Below are positions 25,114-39,130 of a DNA stretch of 64,000 bases, in pieces (the first letter of the stretch is position 1; each line of letters begins with the position of its first letter). The stretch is from positions 3,720,001-3,784,000 of the forward strand of contig JBLDXI010000013.1 of assembly GCA_047495785.1 (NCBI GenBank), written 5' to 3'. Source of the stretch: Lepidodermella squamata. Its lineage: Eukaryota; Animalia; Gastrotricha. The notes beneath the pieces were generated by a model. That model saw only the letters and a list, made by a program, of their open reading frames with translations. It searched no databases and was not told where the DNA came from. A program made the translations under genes and the position numbers.

Positions 25114-28100
25114 TCATAACGCATGGTTTTGCAAAGCGAAAACGAGTGAAGTCACTGTGAGGATAACAGCAATTATCCTTGAATCGCAGGTGTTTATCGA
25201 GGTCGAGCTGACAGAAGAATCTTTCTGGCAAACTCCGTTGGTATTGCAAAATGCCATAGCGCCTAAACTTGGGGATCTGCAATTCATGTCGCCGTAACAC
25301 TTCGAACCAACGGTATCTACGGAATATCAGAAAATCAGCTGAAAAGTTGGGATTGTAGCGAATTTTCAATTACTTTCGATGCAAGTTGTAGTTCCGTTAG
25401 TTGAGGTTTGTTCGACATGGGAAGGCGCGCAGTGGCATGTGTCTTCGTCAGCTTCGTCCAATCGTTTTAGATCGCAAGGATCGCCGCAGACGAGGCCTAA
25501 ACTACCGTCGCAAACTGAATCGAGAATAGGAACACGAGCTTTCGTGCAAACGTCTCCAAATTTTAGTGCTGTTGTAGCAAAAAACCGCTGAAGTTACGGA
25601 GCATTGCTATACAAGAAAACTTACGTTTCCCACATCTATCAGCTTGGAAATTTCTCACGTGACCTCTTTGACTGCAACGGCAAACTGAAATATCGGAATT
25701 CAAACATAAAAATGATAAAAAAGATCTCTCTCGAGCTACCTCATCTTTTGAAATAGCAATTAAAATTACCCATCGATAAATCATTTTTTGGCATTTTTTC
25801 CGAATTTTCCTTAAATTTCGAATATTTTATTCATTTTAATTTATTTCGAGAACGCATTCTAAAACTTTTATAATATTACATACAGATCACCCTATTATAC
25901 TGTGTGTCCCATTATTATATTTTCATTTTTCCACAAATACATGCGGTCTACATATTTTCATGCTTTAAAGAGACCAAATTCAAGCCAAAATTTATTCGAT
26001 ACTTTGGCAACTTTGGAAACCTTGGAAATATTCGTTTCTGCTTGCATAACCATCAATATTGGCTTCCTGAACTTCGGAAAATCGATCATTTGTAAAATCG
26101 ATCTTGGAATCGATATCGGCCAATGTTCACAGTATTATTTCCTATAACAGCCCGGGCTAGTAAAATTTTAACCGCGAAATATTGAAATATTCGAAAGTTA
26201 ATTGTTAAGAATCGCCATTTTTACGTGTTTTCAAACCGACTTGACCTCTCAAGGCTGGGCTGCTACTAGGGATGGGCGCCGTGAATTTAGCGACAGGGCT
26301 GCTATTGGAGCAAATACGGTAATTGGTAAACAGCGAAAAGTGTCCAGTAGCGAAATGTGAGATCTATCGGTTATAGGCATAAAAAAAATGAAGATTCGAA
26401 GAAAAATTTGCGCCTCGAAAAACCATGAGAAATCTATTGCTGGAGGCTCAAAAAACCGATGAAATTCCGATGGTAAAAGTTTTTGGAAAATGCTGCTTTT
26501 TTACCCGGTTTGACCCAATTTCTCAAAATCCTTTCATTTCTGTTAAAGATTCGATAATTTTTGAAATTTCTCTTGCCATAAGATGGGACAGCATCGCCTT
26601 TCATTTTAAGCTTTTAGGTCCTTTTTCAGTGTTTTCCTTGGTTGGAGTACTCAGGGACCTAGGATGCTAAGTAAGTAAAAATTCGGGAAATGTTCGTTTT
26701 TCACTTTTGAAGTCCAATTTTCATGGAATTATTCGAAATTTCTCACCGAAAAAGTCATCGCATTCAACTGCGCTGCCGCCAAGCTGCGGGCAGTGACTAT
26801 CGCTGACGCATTTATCCGCCGCGTTGTCGATCCGCCTCAACTGGCATATCGGCACCTTTGCCGAGAAGAACGCCGAGTCGGAAAAATCGTTCGATAACAC
26901 GGTTTGATAACCAGGCGGGCAGTCGCAATGCGGCACCAGCGTGTTGATAGGGTCGATTAGAAGTGACGGCCGCATCACGTGACTCATGGGCATGCCGGGT
27001 GTTCGCACTTGCGTTAGGCAGTACTTCGACATGCTATCGGTGGAGCTTTCACTCGGGAAGCCGGTGAGTTCGGGTGCGCACACTTCGCCGTGGAACCGGG
27101 AGACGGTGCCGTTTATGCACCTGCAGACACCCTCGTCGCAGTATGAGTTATTGGCGGCACAGACGCCGACGTCGAGGTCCTGCGAGCAGAAATCACCCAC
27201 TCGCTTTACTGAAATGAAAAATTGTCAGATTTCAAGAAAGTATAAACAAATGCCCGCAATTATAATCTTAGGTTTATAATGCATTCATGGTTGAAATGGT
27301 CCCAGAGAACTAAATGCGATCTGATTGGAAATCGGCCTCTATGGTGGCTTTCACAACTTATTGCCGCTGTTATAACGAGAATTCTAATGAAGTTCGTCAT
27401 CATGCTAAGCTTTGATTCCTTATCAGCTAACCCATTTCACTTCAAGCCTAGCCGTTTTGGATTTTTCAAAGCGAAAAAATCACTGGGCCGATTTTCTATC
27501 TTACCACATGCATACCCTTTCGCCACCCGAATTTGCAAAAATGCCGCCGTTTTCCAACGAAACTTTGATTTTATATTGCTTCGAATTTTTTATTTGATTT
27601 AGAGAATCCATGATTTATGGGCTGAATTATAAGAAATCACTGGCCCACAGAGACAGCTAAACAGGACAGGACAGGATCCCACTTTTACCGCAGAAAAATT
27701 CAAAAGCTCAAAATATTGGAGACATAAATAACGTTCTATTGGAAAAATAGAAAATAAGTGTTATGTAAATCTTGAATTACCGTAAATACCGAAATAGGAG
27801 TGTAGGATCACAACTCATCTACAATTTCGGGAACAGATTTGAAGCGATCTCGGTGGACTAAGCCTTTGTTTTCATAAATTGCCTTCGTAAAAATGTAGGA
27901 CGGTGCCTAATAACTCGGTATTTACAGTATACTCCGGGCTCTGAATTTCTGTAGAGCACATTTTTGTAAACTAAAGCTTTTAGAGCACATTTTTGTAAAC
28001 TAAAGCTTTTCCAAAATTGGCAAAATACAGATAGTAGAATCCATTAAAATCCATAGTGAACGAGGACATTACTCAGGTTTTTCCACGCTATGAAAATAAT

Positions 28101-28460
28101 GGAATTTTCTGTTAACAAATTCCCAATAACTGCAATTTTCTGGAGAATTTCCTACCTCTAAATTTGCTTGCTACGGCGAAGTTACACTATAACTAGAAAT
28201 ATTCTCTCGCTGAACCCTTAACAGCAAAGAAGCTCAATAAACAAACATTTTACGCATTTGAATTTTCGCAACGTGCCAATGTAACGAGCGCCATAGCCTC
28301 GTTTGCAGCCACAAACGCCCCATAGGCACATTGATCGTTGACAGGTCAGTTCGCCCATATCCGTACAGTCATCGTTGGTCAAACAGTACCGGGTCGCTTC
28401 GATGGCTGCAAAAGCGAAAATCGCCAAAATCAAAACGGAAAAGATCGATAAATACGACAT
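25114..28460 (-). CDS. Cys-rich EB/EGF-like module surface protein with signal peptide and probable GPI signal (about 5 exons)
   Basis: MSYLSIFSVLILAIFAFAA signal; repeated modules such as GDFCSQDLDVGVCAANNSYCDEGVCRC and FGDVC..VC..CHC; C-terminal hydrophobic tail IIAVILTVTSLVFALQNHAL*. Confidence 0.7.
27780..27927. mobile_element. Tc1/mariner-type MITE in an intron
   Basis: TIR CCGTAAATACCGA / TCGGTATTTACAG (1 mismatch), flanked by TA on both sides. Confidence 0.6.
27952..28009. repeat. 29 bp perfect tandem duplication
   Basis: TAGAGCACATTTTTGTAAACTAAAGCTTT x2. Confidence 0.85.
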
Positions 28461-28699
28461 TTTTGAAAAAGAAAATTTTTGAATTTACGAAATTTTATTC
28501 ACAGAACTATTTGTACACTACAACACAAGCTTAGCAACGCTTGAATATATAGAATGAATGGCGATTATATAATGTTGCAAGCTTGAATATCTGTATTGAT
28601 ATAATGTCAAAAGAATGGTGATATGAATGGCAAGCGAACAGAAATAGCAAGAAAATTCATATCAATTCATGTCATCATTTGAAAAAATTCTGAATCACG

Positions 28700-29853
28700 T
28701 CAGGCCATAACCAACATTTCGCTAGCTTTGGGGCCATTTCTGCCGTTCGGATCATCGGTAATCGAAAAGTGATTTCCAGTAAAGTAGAAAGTAATCCTCC
28801 TATAAAAAAATAGTTGTTAAAAAATGAAATTTAAAAATTCTTCAAAAATTACCAATTTTTAATGTAATCGGCAAATTGTGGGTTATTTTGCGCCACGTCA
28901 ATCATGTTATCATTAGATACGATAACACCGCCAGTTTCATAAGCAAATTTAACAATAGCCAGGTCATCGTATGGGTTGCAAACGCTGCCATCAGCCAATT
29001 TTTTACGCGGAATAACCGAAATGTGACCCTTTTTCTCCAAATCGTGCAGAATTTCTTGCTGCAGCGTTTTCGGCTTCAAATTTTGCGGCGAGCCGCGAAT
29101 ACGAATTTCAGGTACAAAAGCGTAAACTTCGGGGTGACCTCTTTCCAGAAAGAAATCGATCGCTTTTTTAAGGCCGAGGCAAGAATAATTGACATTACGA
29201 CCGTGAGCCATGCAAATGTTATTCGCATCAATCGCAATCGGTCGCAATTTCGCCGGTGAAGTCGAGAGGGTCTTCCTAATTTTCGGCGCCGTCGAATTCA
29301 TAACATCGCTTAATTTGACAGGAATGCATTTAACCGGTTCCGATTCAATGATTCGAGTTTTATAGTCAGGGTAGCAATCGTTCAGCAGCTTCAAAGCTTC
29401 TGAGCATTTCTTGCTATTTCTAAATCTAGCGACGACGATGCCTAGCGAGACATCGCCGCTGCACTCGATCGAATCCGCGCCCATCCAAGCCAAGTGTTGC
29501 TTAACCGCCGATTCCTTGATATTCGGCGTAAAATCAGCTAATTTTATCTCGACCAATGTCGGGTCGTTTTCTGGGTCGGAATTGCTAGATTCGCTTGGCG
29601 GCTCCTGATCCGAGTAAAATTCGTTGCTAGACGCTAGGCCCGACTCAGGTTCATTAGAGCCAGCGATCATATCCTGAAGGCTTTCGAAGGCTAAGCCAAC
29701 CTGGCTGGCTTCATTTCCAAAAATATGAAGAATTTTCGTCACCGAGTCGTTCATGATGGTAACTTGCGGGAATACTTCGCCGAACTCCATTGTTTCCCAT
29801 AGACTGCCTAGTTCCGGCGGGTAGGTTATATGTTTGTGGACTTGAGAGCTCAT
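28700..29853 (-). CDS. NYN/PIN RNase of the Regnase (ZC3H12)/N4BP1/RDE-8 family with N-terminal KH-like and RRM-like domains, copy A
   Basis: RPIAIDANNICMAHG, FFLERGH..AFVP, YDDLAIVKFAYETGGVIVSNDNMID; spliced last exon RITFYF..DDPNGRNGP..MA*. Confidence 0.85.
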
Positions 29854-30544
29854 TTTTTTAATAAAATTCTAAAAAAAGTATCAAAAAAGAATTAATCGAC
29901 AAAGCTTAAAGTGGTTAAAAGACGAAATGTTTCATCAATAGGAACGCATTTTTTTTACTGTCAGTTCGTGACTCATGTGGCGTGATACCATCAATTATTA
30001 ACGTACAAAAAGTAGCCCGTAGTTCTTTACAGCTTTTGAAACACCTGGATCGTTACGATTAAGCAGAAAACAAAGCGCGCAAGTGTAAAATAATAACGGC
30101 CTATCGTCATTATTATTATTATCATCATCATTTCGGTGGAGAAAAAAAGAAACCGGCGGTGTCATCTCTTTCGTTAATGTGCGCAAGGAGAATCAGACAA
30201 CAAAATGCTATACAAAATCGATTCCTCTCAAAAATAGATACCTATAAGCTCTAGTATTTTAACAATTAGTGGGATTCTTTACTTAAAATCTAGAAACCTA
30301 GAATTTTCCGCGGATTTTCTTCACATTTCATCCAAGTCCAGAATTTCAAAAGTCCATAAAAGTTAACCGATTGCGAAGCAAAAAATATTACGAACATCTA
30401 GGAGCAAACGATTCACCAGGCGCTTATTTTGTCACGATTTTTTAGTAAGCATATAAAGCAAAGAGATCGCCGTCACTTTGCGCCTCCAGTACAGCAGTAA
30501 ACTGGCAGTAATTATGAATAGAAAAAAACGCGGAAGAAAAGCAT

Positions 30545-32299
30545 TCAGTCATCAGCAATGAGCATTTCTTCCGCTCGTGAAGCGCGTCTTCCATTCGGGT
30601 CATCGATTAGCATGAAGTGATCTCCGGCAAAACAAAAAGTGATTCGCCTGAAAATGACAAAACTTGCTAAAACTTGGGAAATTGTGATAAAAAAATCACC
30701 ATTTGTCAATATAATCTTGATATTTAGGATTATCACGCCCGACGTCGATCATGTTATCGTTGGAAATGATGACACCTCGCGTTTCGTATGCGAATTTCAC
30801 GATCAAAACGTCGTCGTACGGGTTGAATTTCGATCCGTCAGCGAACTTTTTGCGAGGAATGACTGTTAACCGCCGTTCGCCCTCCAATTTGTGAAGAATA
30901 TCTTGGCGTTCGATGCGAGGGTTCTGACTCATTGGCGGGCAGCGGATTTTCATTTCAGGAATGAACGCGTACACTGAGGTATGGCCCCGTTCCAGGAACC
31001 AATTGATTGCCAGCTCTAAACCATAGCACGAATAAAACTGATGATTTCCATGGTGCATGCATAGATTGTTTGCATCTATTGCCACTGGACGACGACGTCG
31101 AGAAGGCACCTAAACCAAAAAATTTAACAAAACTTGCCAAGAATCAAAGGGAAAACTTACAACTGGGGGAATAGAAACGGGCATCTGTTGCTGAAAGTAT
31201 GGTGAGCGAGCTGAGTTTGAGGAAGAATTCATCTTAGGACGATTGCGACTAGAGTCGCTAGCACTTGGTACGGAACTAGCGCCAGCAAAATTTTTCCGAG
31301 AGGAAGCCGAAGAGTTATAGAGAGATTGTTCCTGTAAAGGAGACTTTGGACGACGAGGAGGGCCCGATCCGTGTTCGGGCGATGAATTATGACGCCGTGA
31401 AAGACCATATGCATCACTCGATTTAGGGCGCTGGGGAGGCGGCTGCCCTTTGACGTGTTGCTCCAGCAAATTGCGACGCGCTAGAGCGTCTTTCTTCAGT
31501 TTTTCCGTATCACTGCCATCGTCAGATTCATGATGACGGAAGTACTGCTCAAGTACATCTGGGTCGGAAACTTGGAATGCAGCTTTCCTCCTAAACGAAG
31601 ATCAATTTAATGGCCAAACTATCATAAACTATCTGAAACATACTTGAAAGGAGAGATTACTTTATCCCATGAGCCTTTAGAAATGGTACTTATAACATAT
31701 TGAGGATAAAATTCCTGAAGCCTTTCTCTAGCCGATGAACACTCCCGAGCGGTTTTGAACTTCACGTATACTGTTCCAGTTAGGAAATCTCCAGGCTTAG
31801 TTCTATCTTTAGGGCACTCGATTGACTCTGCCTGCATCCATGCAAAGGATTCCCGAATTTCATCGTCGGTAATATCGGGCGCAACGTCGTTCAACTTGAT
31901 CTCTAAACCAATTGGTTTGTTCTGATCATCGGAGCTACTAGTTGCTCCTAGCGGTATTTCAGCAGGGTTGGGAAGGGGCGCTGACTTATTCTGAAACATC
32001 TCGGCCATATCATTGTCAGCAGAATCACAATAACCATCAGCATAGATTTTTTGAAGGCATGCTTCCGAGATGAATGATTTTAACGCGAAAGCAGCGTTGT
32101 CAGCAGTGGCAGCATCGGGCCCGAAAATGTGAAGGATGCTAGACACGGTGTCCTTGATGATATGGACACCAGGAAAATTTGCCGCAATATCAGCTGTTAC
32201 TGCTTCGGACGAAAACGTGGCGGCTAAATCTTCAGGGAAGTCGACTGTGCGGTAGATCTTCCCACTACTAGATGCTCGATAGTCCATAGCAACCGACAT
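30545..32299 (-). CDS. NYN/PIN RNase with KH-like and RRM-like domains and an S/P/R-rich linker, copy B (4 exons)
   Basis: RPVAIDANNLCMHHG, YDDVLIVKFAYETRGVIISNDNMID, RITFCFAGDHFMLIDDPNGR; N-terminus homologous to copy A (ILHIFG, EIKL.D..P.I, AWM.A.SIEC). Confidence 0.85.
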
Positions 32300-33189
32300 T
32301 AACGTTTACATACACTTTATAATAATCAACAACTAGTAATAAACACAAACAACGTAAATCATCGTTCAAACAATTCTCAATACTCGGGAGTAGGAAGTAA
32401 GGTAAAAGATGAATCAAGAAATTGATCCATTCTGCACCAAAATTCACCAATACTGTATACTTATGCCTTACGCTATAATTATCGCGAAGGCCCTAAAATT
32501 AGGGGTAGAACAAATTAGCGATAAAACCTTCAGTAAACGGAAAGCCCTCAAAGTTAACACATTAGAAGGCTGCTTTGTTTACAATAACATAATAATGACG
32601 AAGATTCTCGCGCGTCATGTATTACATCAGCAATAGCGAATATTCACGAGAGACTAATGGGACCGATGGGATAAGTAAGCCCTGGCGAAGTCCAATTCCA
32701 CGCGTATACAGCTTTTTAAATACAAAAAGGCTCAAGACTAAAGAATAATAAAAAAGGATTAAGAGTCTCGGAATGACAATGGTTCGTAAGTTTCTCACTG
32801 AAAAAATTCCATCTCTCATACTTACACATTATCTGAGCCAGAAACGTCTCTGAACATCAAAGAAAAACGAGAAACGGAGAGAAAAGATAGAAACCTTTCC
32901 AATCTGATTTATTCTTCCGATCAGCAAACAGCAGAACATATACCACAGGAAACTGACAAGGCAAAGATAAGGGATGAGGGCAAGGAGCCAAAACAGTTAG
33001 AAAGCACTTCCGTCAGAGTCAACAAAATCGTCCGTCTATGGGAAAAGTCAGCTGACGCAAAGGTGACGGAAAACTTACACAATATATTTTATTTATTACT
33101 CACTAACAAAATATATTTTATATTAAATTTTTTATTATAAAACATACAAATTACTATTTTATTGCCGCATATATTTTAATCGATTTCAA

Positions 33190-33712
33190 CCAAGTTGGTC
33201 CTCCAGAGCCTCCAGAGAAGCACCAGTCGAGCTAAGCTAGCTCTTCAAGCCGACAGAGGTGAACAGAGGTGAACCCCGGACTCCGCAGTTCCGCTAGCGG
33301 CAGCCTCAAGGCCACGCAGTCTGACATTGTCACTCAAGATCGAACTTTCCTCATCCGCGGCTCGAAGGCATGGAGCCAGACCGACCCCTTCATTCGTAAG
33401 CTCACTAGCTCGAAAGCCTGTCGCGAAGCCGCCTACCTGCAGCAATTCTTCATCGAGCAGGTGTCTGAATGGACCAAATAGATCATAACTCTATTTTTAT
33501 AATTTATTTTCGTATCATACTGTGCCAATCTGCGCCTAATACCGAATCCTCAGTGACAAGTCTAACTTATCAACCCAAGCCCTGTTAAATCGCCAGAATT
33601 GGTGTCAGAGTCTAACATCCATCCATCAATTTTTTGAGGCTTCTTCACTCTTCTCTCTGCGCTCAGAGCGGCCGCTCTTCTTCATCTTCCTGGTCCAAAT
33701 AAATAAATAAAT
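33190..33712 (+). mobile_element. Probable 5'-truncated LINE (CR1/L2-like) 3' end
   Basis: ORF LRSSASGSL..RTFLIRGSKAWSQTDPFIRKLTS resembles the LINE ORF2 C-terminal motif RxFxxxGxxxWNxLPxxIR; followed by a UTR ending in (AAAT)n; no TSD found. Confidence 0.45.
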
Positions 33713-34024
33713 TAAACTTAATTCCATGTTGAATCCTCTAGCCTTGTTAACCCTTTGTTACGATTTATCTTACAGTTGACAATGGGGCGTCGGCATGACA
33801 TGACATGAAAAGTCAGCAGTGAAACAGTTATTGATCCACGATCCATCCAAGATTATACCCTCGTCATGCCTATCCGGACAATCTGTCTCTTATTTATTAC
33901 TGCACTTGCTATAAATAATTAAGGCTGTAAACAAAACAGAGAGATCTGCGCATTTACGAAAAGATTGAACAACAATGTTGGGTAGCATCTAACGAGTAGC
34001 TCACATGCATATTCATAGAAACAG

Positions 34025-37000
34025 TTAAATGTCTGCGATAACCGACTTATCATCTTCATCAAAAACTTCTTCTTCTTCCTCATCTTCTTCTTTCAGATTT
34101 TCGACCGCTACAGACAAAGCGTGGCGATTACTATCAGCGGATTTCCGAGATGAGACATCTGAGGGACGAGTCCCCACGTTAGCAGCCTTTGGGAGGAAGA
34201 GCCTGTTGTGCGCTGCATCAGGATCTTCTGAACTAGTTGCGCTTGGAGGATTGACCGGCAAGTCATTTATAGATGTTAACAAATGACGTCTCCTGTATGG
34301 TGCAATAGATCTTCTCAAGAGATGGGGCGATCTAAGAAATGGACGATAGATATATAAATCAAATTAATTTTGGAGCTTACTTGGGAAGCATTGCACTTTG
34401 AGCATCCGATTGATCGCTAGTGTTTGATCCTTGATTTCGATATCCATTGCCACCAGCTAAATTCTCAGTACTACGTGAAGTAAGCCCCGTCATACTTGAG
34501 CCTGAGAAAATGTCCAAAAGTTCGAATCGAAAGCTTGATATGTCCTGCTTAATTTCTTCCAAGTCGACAGTTCCGCTACTGCCCTGTATGGTAAGGCCCA
34601 TAATGAATCGGCGAACAACTTTGTGAATGACGTCATTGAAACGCGGAGCAGGCGCCGCCATCTCACGCCATATAATTCCACCTACAAGTGAGCTGACAGC
34701 TATGATGCCGTTGTGGGTTTTGTCCGCACCCGGACCATCTTGATTTAAACTACTAGTTACAGTCGAGGGGTTTGCTTTCGCGTCGTTGTCCTCGAGTGAC
34801 TCTGCATCATCGCTCATAAATGGCGTAGCTGCAGCTGATCTTGTGTTTGCTTTCTTGAGGCGGCTGAAGCGAAGTTGTTTGAAAAGCCGTTGGAAAGTCA
34901 TAATCAAGTATCTTGGGTTTGGAATGAGATTGAAAGGAGTTGGAACTGTCGGAGAATAATCGGCGATATACTCCAAAAATAATATTGTTCTTGCGTATTT
35001 CCATTCCATTTCTGAGTTGATCTTAAATAATAAAATTTTATAGTTCGCGTAAGTTGACTGAATCTTTAAATCACCTTGATTGCTTCGTAACTGTTCGCCA
35101 TCATAGCTATAAGCATGTTAAGCAGAACACAAACAACCACAACACTGTAGCCACCGTACATAATGTAGCCGATTCTCTCCACCCAGATCATACTTCCATC
35201 GGCGAAGTTTTGAAGATTCATGTAATCCGACTCGCCGAGGCCGAAAAGTGACCAAAAAACCGTGCGGAAGGTGAGCTCAATATCGCCAAACCGTTTCTCG
35301 GCCGGAATGTTGGGTTCATATGAAGAATTAAGCTGAAGAATTTGTCGTAGCGATGGATTGAAATACCAGTAAACATTCATAGTGCCAATCATAAAAGCCG
35401 CGAAGACGACAAGAAATACAAAGAAGAAAGCAAAAATGTCGTTAACAACGCGCATTAACGCGAGGTAACACGGCCCGAAGACCTCAAGTACCGGGAAGAT
35501 GTAAAGAAGTCTGGAAAACGAGAATACAGCACCAACGGCAAAAAGTAGCTCGCTACATGTTAAGGGGTCTACGGGATGAAAGTAAAAACGATCCGAATTG
35601 ATCCAATATAGCTTGTTGGGGAAAAGTAATAAGGAGGCGTTTGAAACTGGCTGCTCTGCGAAAAATGTCACAGCATCGATTGTCTGAAAGCAAACTTGAG
35701 ATGACAAACTTTGAGGCAGACGGAATGAATTTCTTACCTTGCCATAAGACATGAAACGGTAGAATAATGCCGCTGCAAAAACGGCCAACATAACGTAGTC
35801 GATAAAATCAAAGGGAGAGCGGCACACTGTTGCCCATCTTTGGTTCAACCGATTAGGAATGTCCCGAGTGATGATATCGAAAAGCTTCCGGAAGAGCAGC
35901 CCTAACAGCCAGATGCTTACAGCCCACGACATCCAGTTATCACCACGCGGTCGAATGATGAAGTCCTTACCAAAGCTACACATTTCTGCCACGCCTCTTG
36001 CGGAAAGCTCACCAACTGAATCTACAGCCTGCTCCCCAGAGCTTTTAAAAGACGCTGGATTGCTGCAAGGACCGCAAAACGCCTTACAGTACTGGTAAAC
36101 AGTTTCGTTAAGGTTGTAAAGCTTCACTGTTCGCGGGTCTGATATCGCCGACGTCAGATTACTGAGCCTCTCAGGTTCGTTGTAGCAGCCAAACGTGTTA
36201 ATTGACAGCATGCACAAAATCCCGATGAAAATCATGTAAGACACCGAATAAGCTACAAATTTAACCAAAGGTCTGGAGATAAGTTGCCCAGGTCTCGAAT
36301 CAGGTACAATCCAATGGAAGAACATTAAAATCGGGTAGCCCAACATAATAAACAACAAATTGAGGAAAATTTTGCTGGGTCCGGAAGCACCTTGAAATTG
36401 ATTGAAACCTCGCAACCAACGGCGCATAAGTTCCTGTTGGCAAGACCAATGTGAGACGAATTCTTTCTGTTTGTACTGAATTGCGACTCGCAGACGTGCA
36501 AGGGGTTCAGACTTGACGAAGACGGTTTCAAAATTTGATTCGCTGGACGATTGAGCGGATAGACCATTCCCGAAAAAGGAAGACTCTACCGCTGCATCGA
36601 CTGCTGGTGAGTTGTTGCTACCTGAAGTTCGTTGGCTATTCGAAGTTTTAACACTATAACAATTTAGTATAGTCTTCAGTTCGTAGTGAGTTCTGACGTT
36701 GTCGAGGAGTTTTACGACATAATGACTCAACTGCGCGACGAGCTCTTTGTACTCGCGTTTGAAATGCTTCTCCTGAGCCGCTCTTATCTCCATTTGCCGC
36801 GATAGCTCAAACGCGGTTTGGAAGGGATCTGTTGAAGTAAGGGAGATGTAAGCTTCCGACGTTAAGGCGCGGTACTCATTCAGTCGCCTCTTCGCGTGTC
36901 TCAACAGATCGCGGCTACTATGTGGAATGTCTTTATCCGGGGCACAGCGGTCGCAGTTACAGTCGAAATCGTGTGGCAGTGGGACTCGCATTCCATCTTG

Positions 37001-37755
37001 CCATAGCAGATGAACTATTCCAAAAAGGTTCTTCTGGCAAGCTAAGATGATAGGTGAGATGTCATCAGAGAACGGACTGGTTTCGGGCAACTTCGAAGCA
37101 AGCTCCGGCCATCTGTTGTGGTACTGACGGTAGTTGGGATGCTTCAGAATTAGCTCTGTGATGTTTTCGTAACTGTAGAACAATGAAATTGATAAACATT
37201 AGAACGGAATTTTAAGCTTACTTATGGCTAATCGCGAGAAGCAAGGCTTCGTAAAGGTTCACAGGGTTCGATTTATCGAGCAGCATTTCGACAATCTAAA
37301 AGTTAAGTTTGATTGAGATTGTTGTCGATTATGGGTGTTTTCCTTACCTCTGCATGCTCATTTACAACTGCTATTTGGATAGCGGTTCGGCCAAAAGCGT
37401 CGGCTGCGTCGCAGTCTAAAGCTGGATTCTGGCTAAGAATCGCCTCAACCCCAGGTGCATCCCCATACTCCGCAGCCCAGAAGAGGTTACGTAACTCTTC
37501 ACTCGGCTGGGGCACGAACATTTGCAGGGTCGATTGGCGCCGGCGCATAGTTTTGTCCGGGCCTCGATCAGGGTGCTTTCTAGGCGAACTTCCTTTCTGA
37601 AGGTTAAGAATAAGGATATTCGAGCCGAGATCGAGTCGGAAATGCCTCACCTTGCCATTACTTGCCGTACTGCTATTCGAATACATTTTCCGAAGGGCCT
37701 CAGGCCGGGTAAAGGACGTGATTCTTTTCACAGCCCGCACGGCTCTTACGGACAT
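34025..37755 (-). CDS. TRPC: TRPC-family cation channel, paralog A
   Basis: Ankyrin AAEYGD..GRTAIQIAVVNEH; DISPIILACQKN; PHDFDCNCDRC; YRALTSEAYISLTSTDPF; pore FRTVFWSLFGL; LLNMLIAMMANSY; TRP box EWKYAR; EIKQDISSFRFELL. Confidence 0.92.
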
Positions 37756-39130
37756 TCTTGCGATATCTCCTCGCGTGTTATCTAGCTTATTGTAACTGAA
37801 TAATTAATAAAATTAGGCTGATAGCTGATTTTGTACAGTGGCACATGTAAAAATCGTCCTAAAAAATTACAATTAGCCATCGCATAGCAAGACTAAGATA
37901 AGGCGGTTTGTCGTAGTTTCTCGGACACAACAACGACGGGGAAAGCTAACAGATTGTAGCACACCTGTCGACATTTTTGTAACCCCACTACGCGACAACT
38001 CGAAAAACGTCGCGCAGCTAATTAATTACTTTTGGTATTATTACGAATGGAAAAATTATTGAATAGGCGCAGCTTACGTATTTCCCAAGAAGGGCGCTCT
38101 TCGCGTGATTAAATGCTTGATAATAGTTTAATCGCTGATGTGAAGCGCTGATATCAATATAAAAAAGAACGCGCACTCAATCACACTTTATTGTGAAGAA
38201 AAAAATTAGCAGCAGATAGACGATATAAATCATGCGTGACCTGCCGCGCACCTGCAGTGAATGGACACCCTGAAAAAACTCACTATTTTTAGCCGATTTC
38301 ACTTCATCCCGAATGAAAAATTGTAGATTAATAATGCAGTCTCTAGCGTGGTATATTAAGTCTTAATAAAATTAAGCCGTCTTTAATAGCCCGTTCGTTT
38401 GCACCCGTGTATTGCGGAGGCCTAGCATCAGCTGTTTTACGCATGATTTGTAGCGCAAATCAGACATTTGGTCTTGTTATAAAGTGCGCTGTTAGTAAGG
38501 AATGTAATAACATCGACAATGCGTCTTTAGAATTTCGGCCGAGGTCGGTGCGCGGCTCTTAGTAACGAGACAAGACTGAATTCCGAAATATTTCGGCTGA
38601 TTCGATAATATTTATCCATTTTTTTGGAATGAAGTGCGGGAGAAGAGGAATAGTTTCGTATATTATACACCAGGGTGAATTTCCGAAGTTTACCTACAAC
38701 CAAATTATCGATATTTTTAGCTATACCAATCGTGCTCAAACAATAAATGATATAAATTGACAATATATAGATGCTTTGTTCAATTGTCCATAATGGTGTC
38801 ATACAAATGTGCCGACGTGCTACTAATTATTGGACCTGCATTATTTCATATTACGATTGAAGTCCACGAAAATTCAAATATTTTATTGCTCAAATATTTT
38901 TGATTTTTTTTCCTCCATTTTTTAGATCACAAATAATTTTCAATATACCGTGAACGCAGCCGAACTTCGCCATGCAGCTAAAAGCAGTTCCAATAAATAT
39001 CAATTGAATCCATTAAAATTTCTCAGGTTTTTGTTGTTAAAAGCAGCAATTATTTCATAATGAGATTAATACACACAGCAGCGTAAAATTTGTACACATG
39101 AGATGGGTTTAGAAGAGACTAAAAATCCCG

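Noticed and set aside
26145-26320. Mariner-like terminal sequence ..GGAGCAAATACGGTA
   Set aside because: Matching opposite TIR not found, so boundaries are unsupported.
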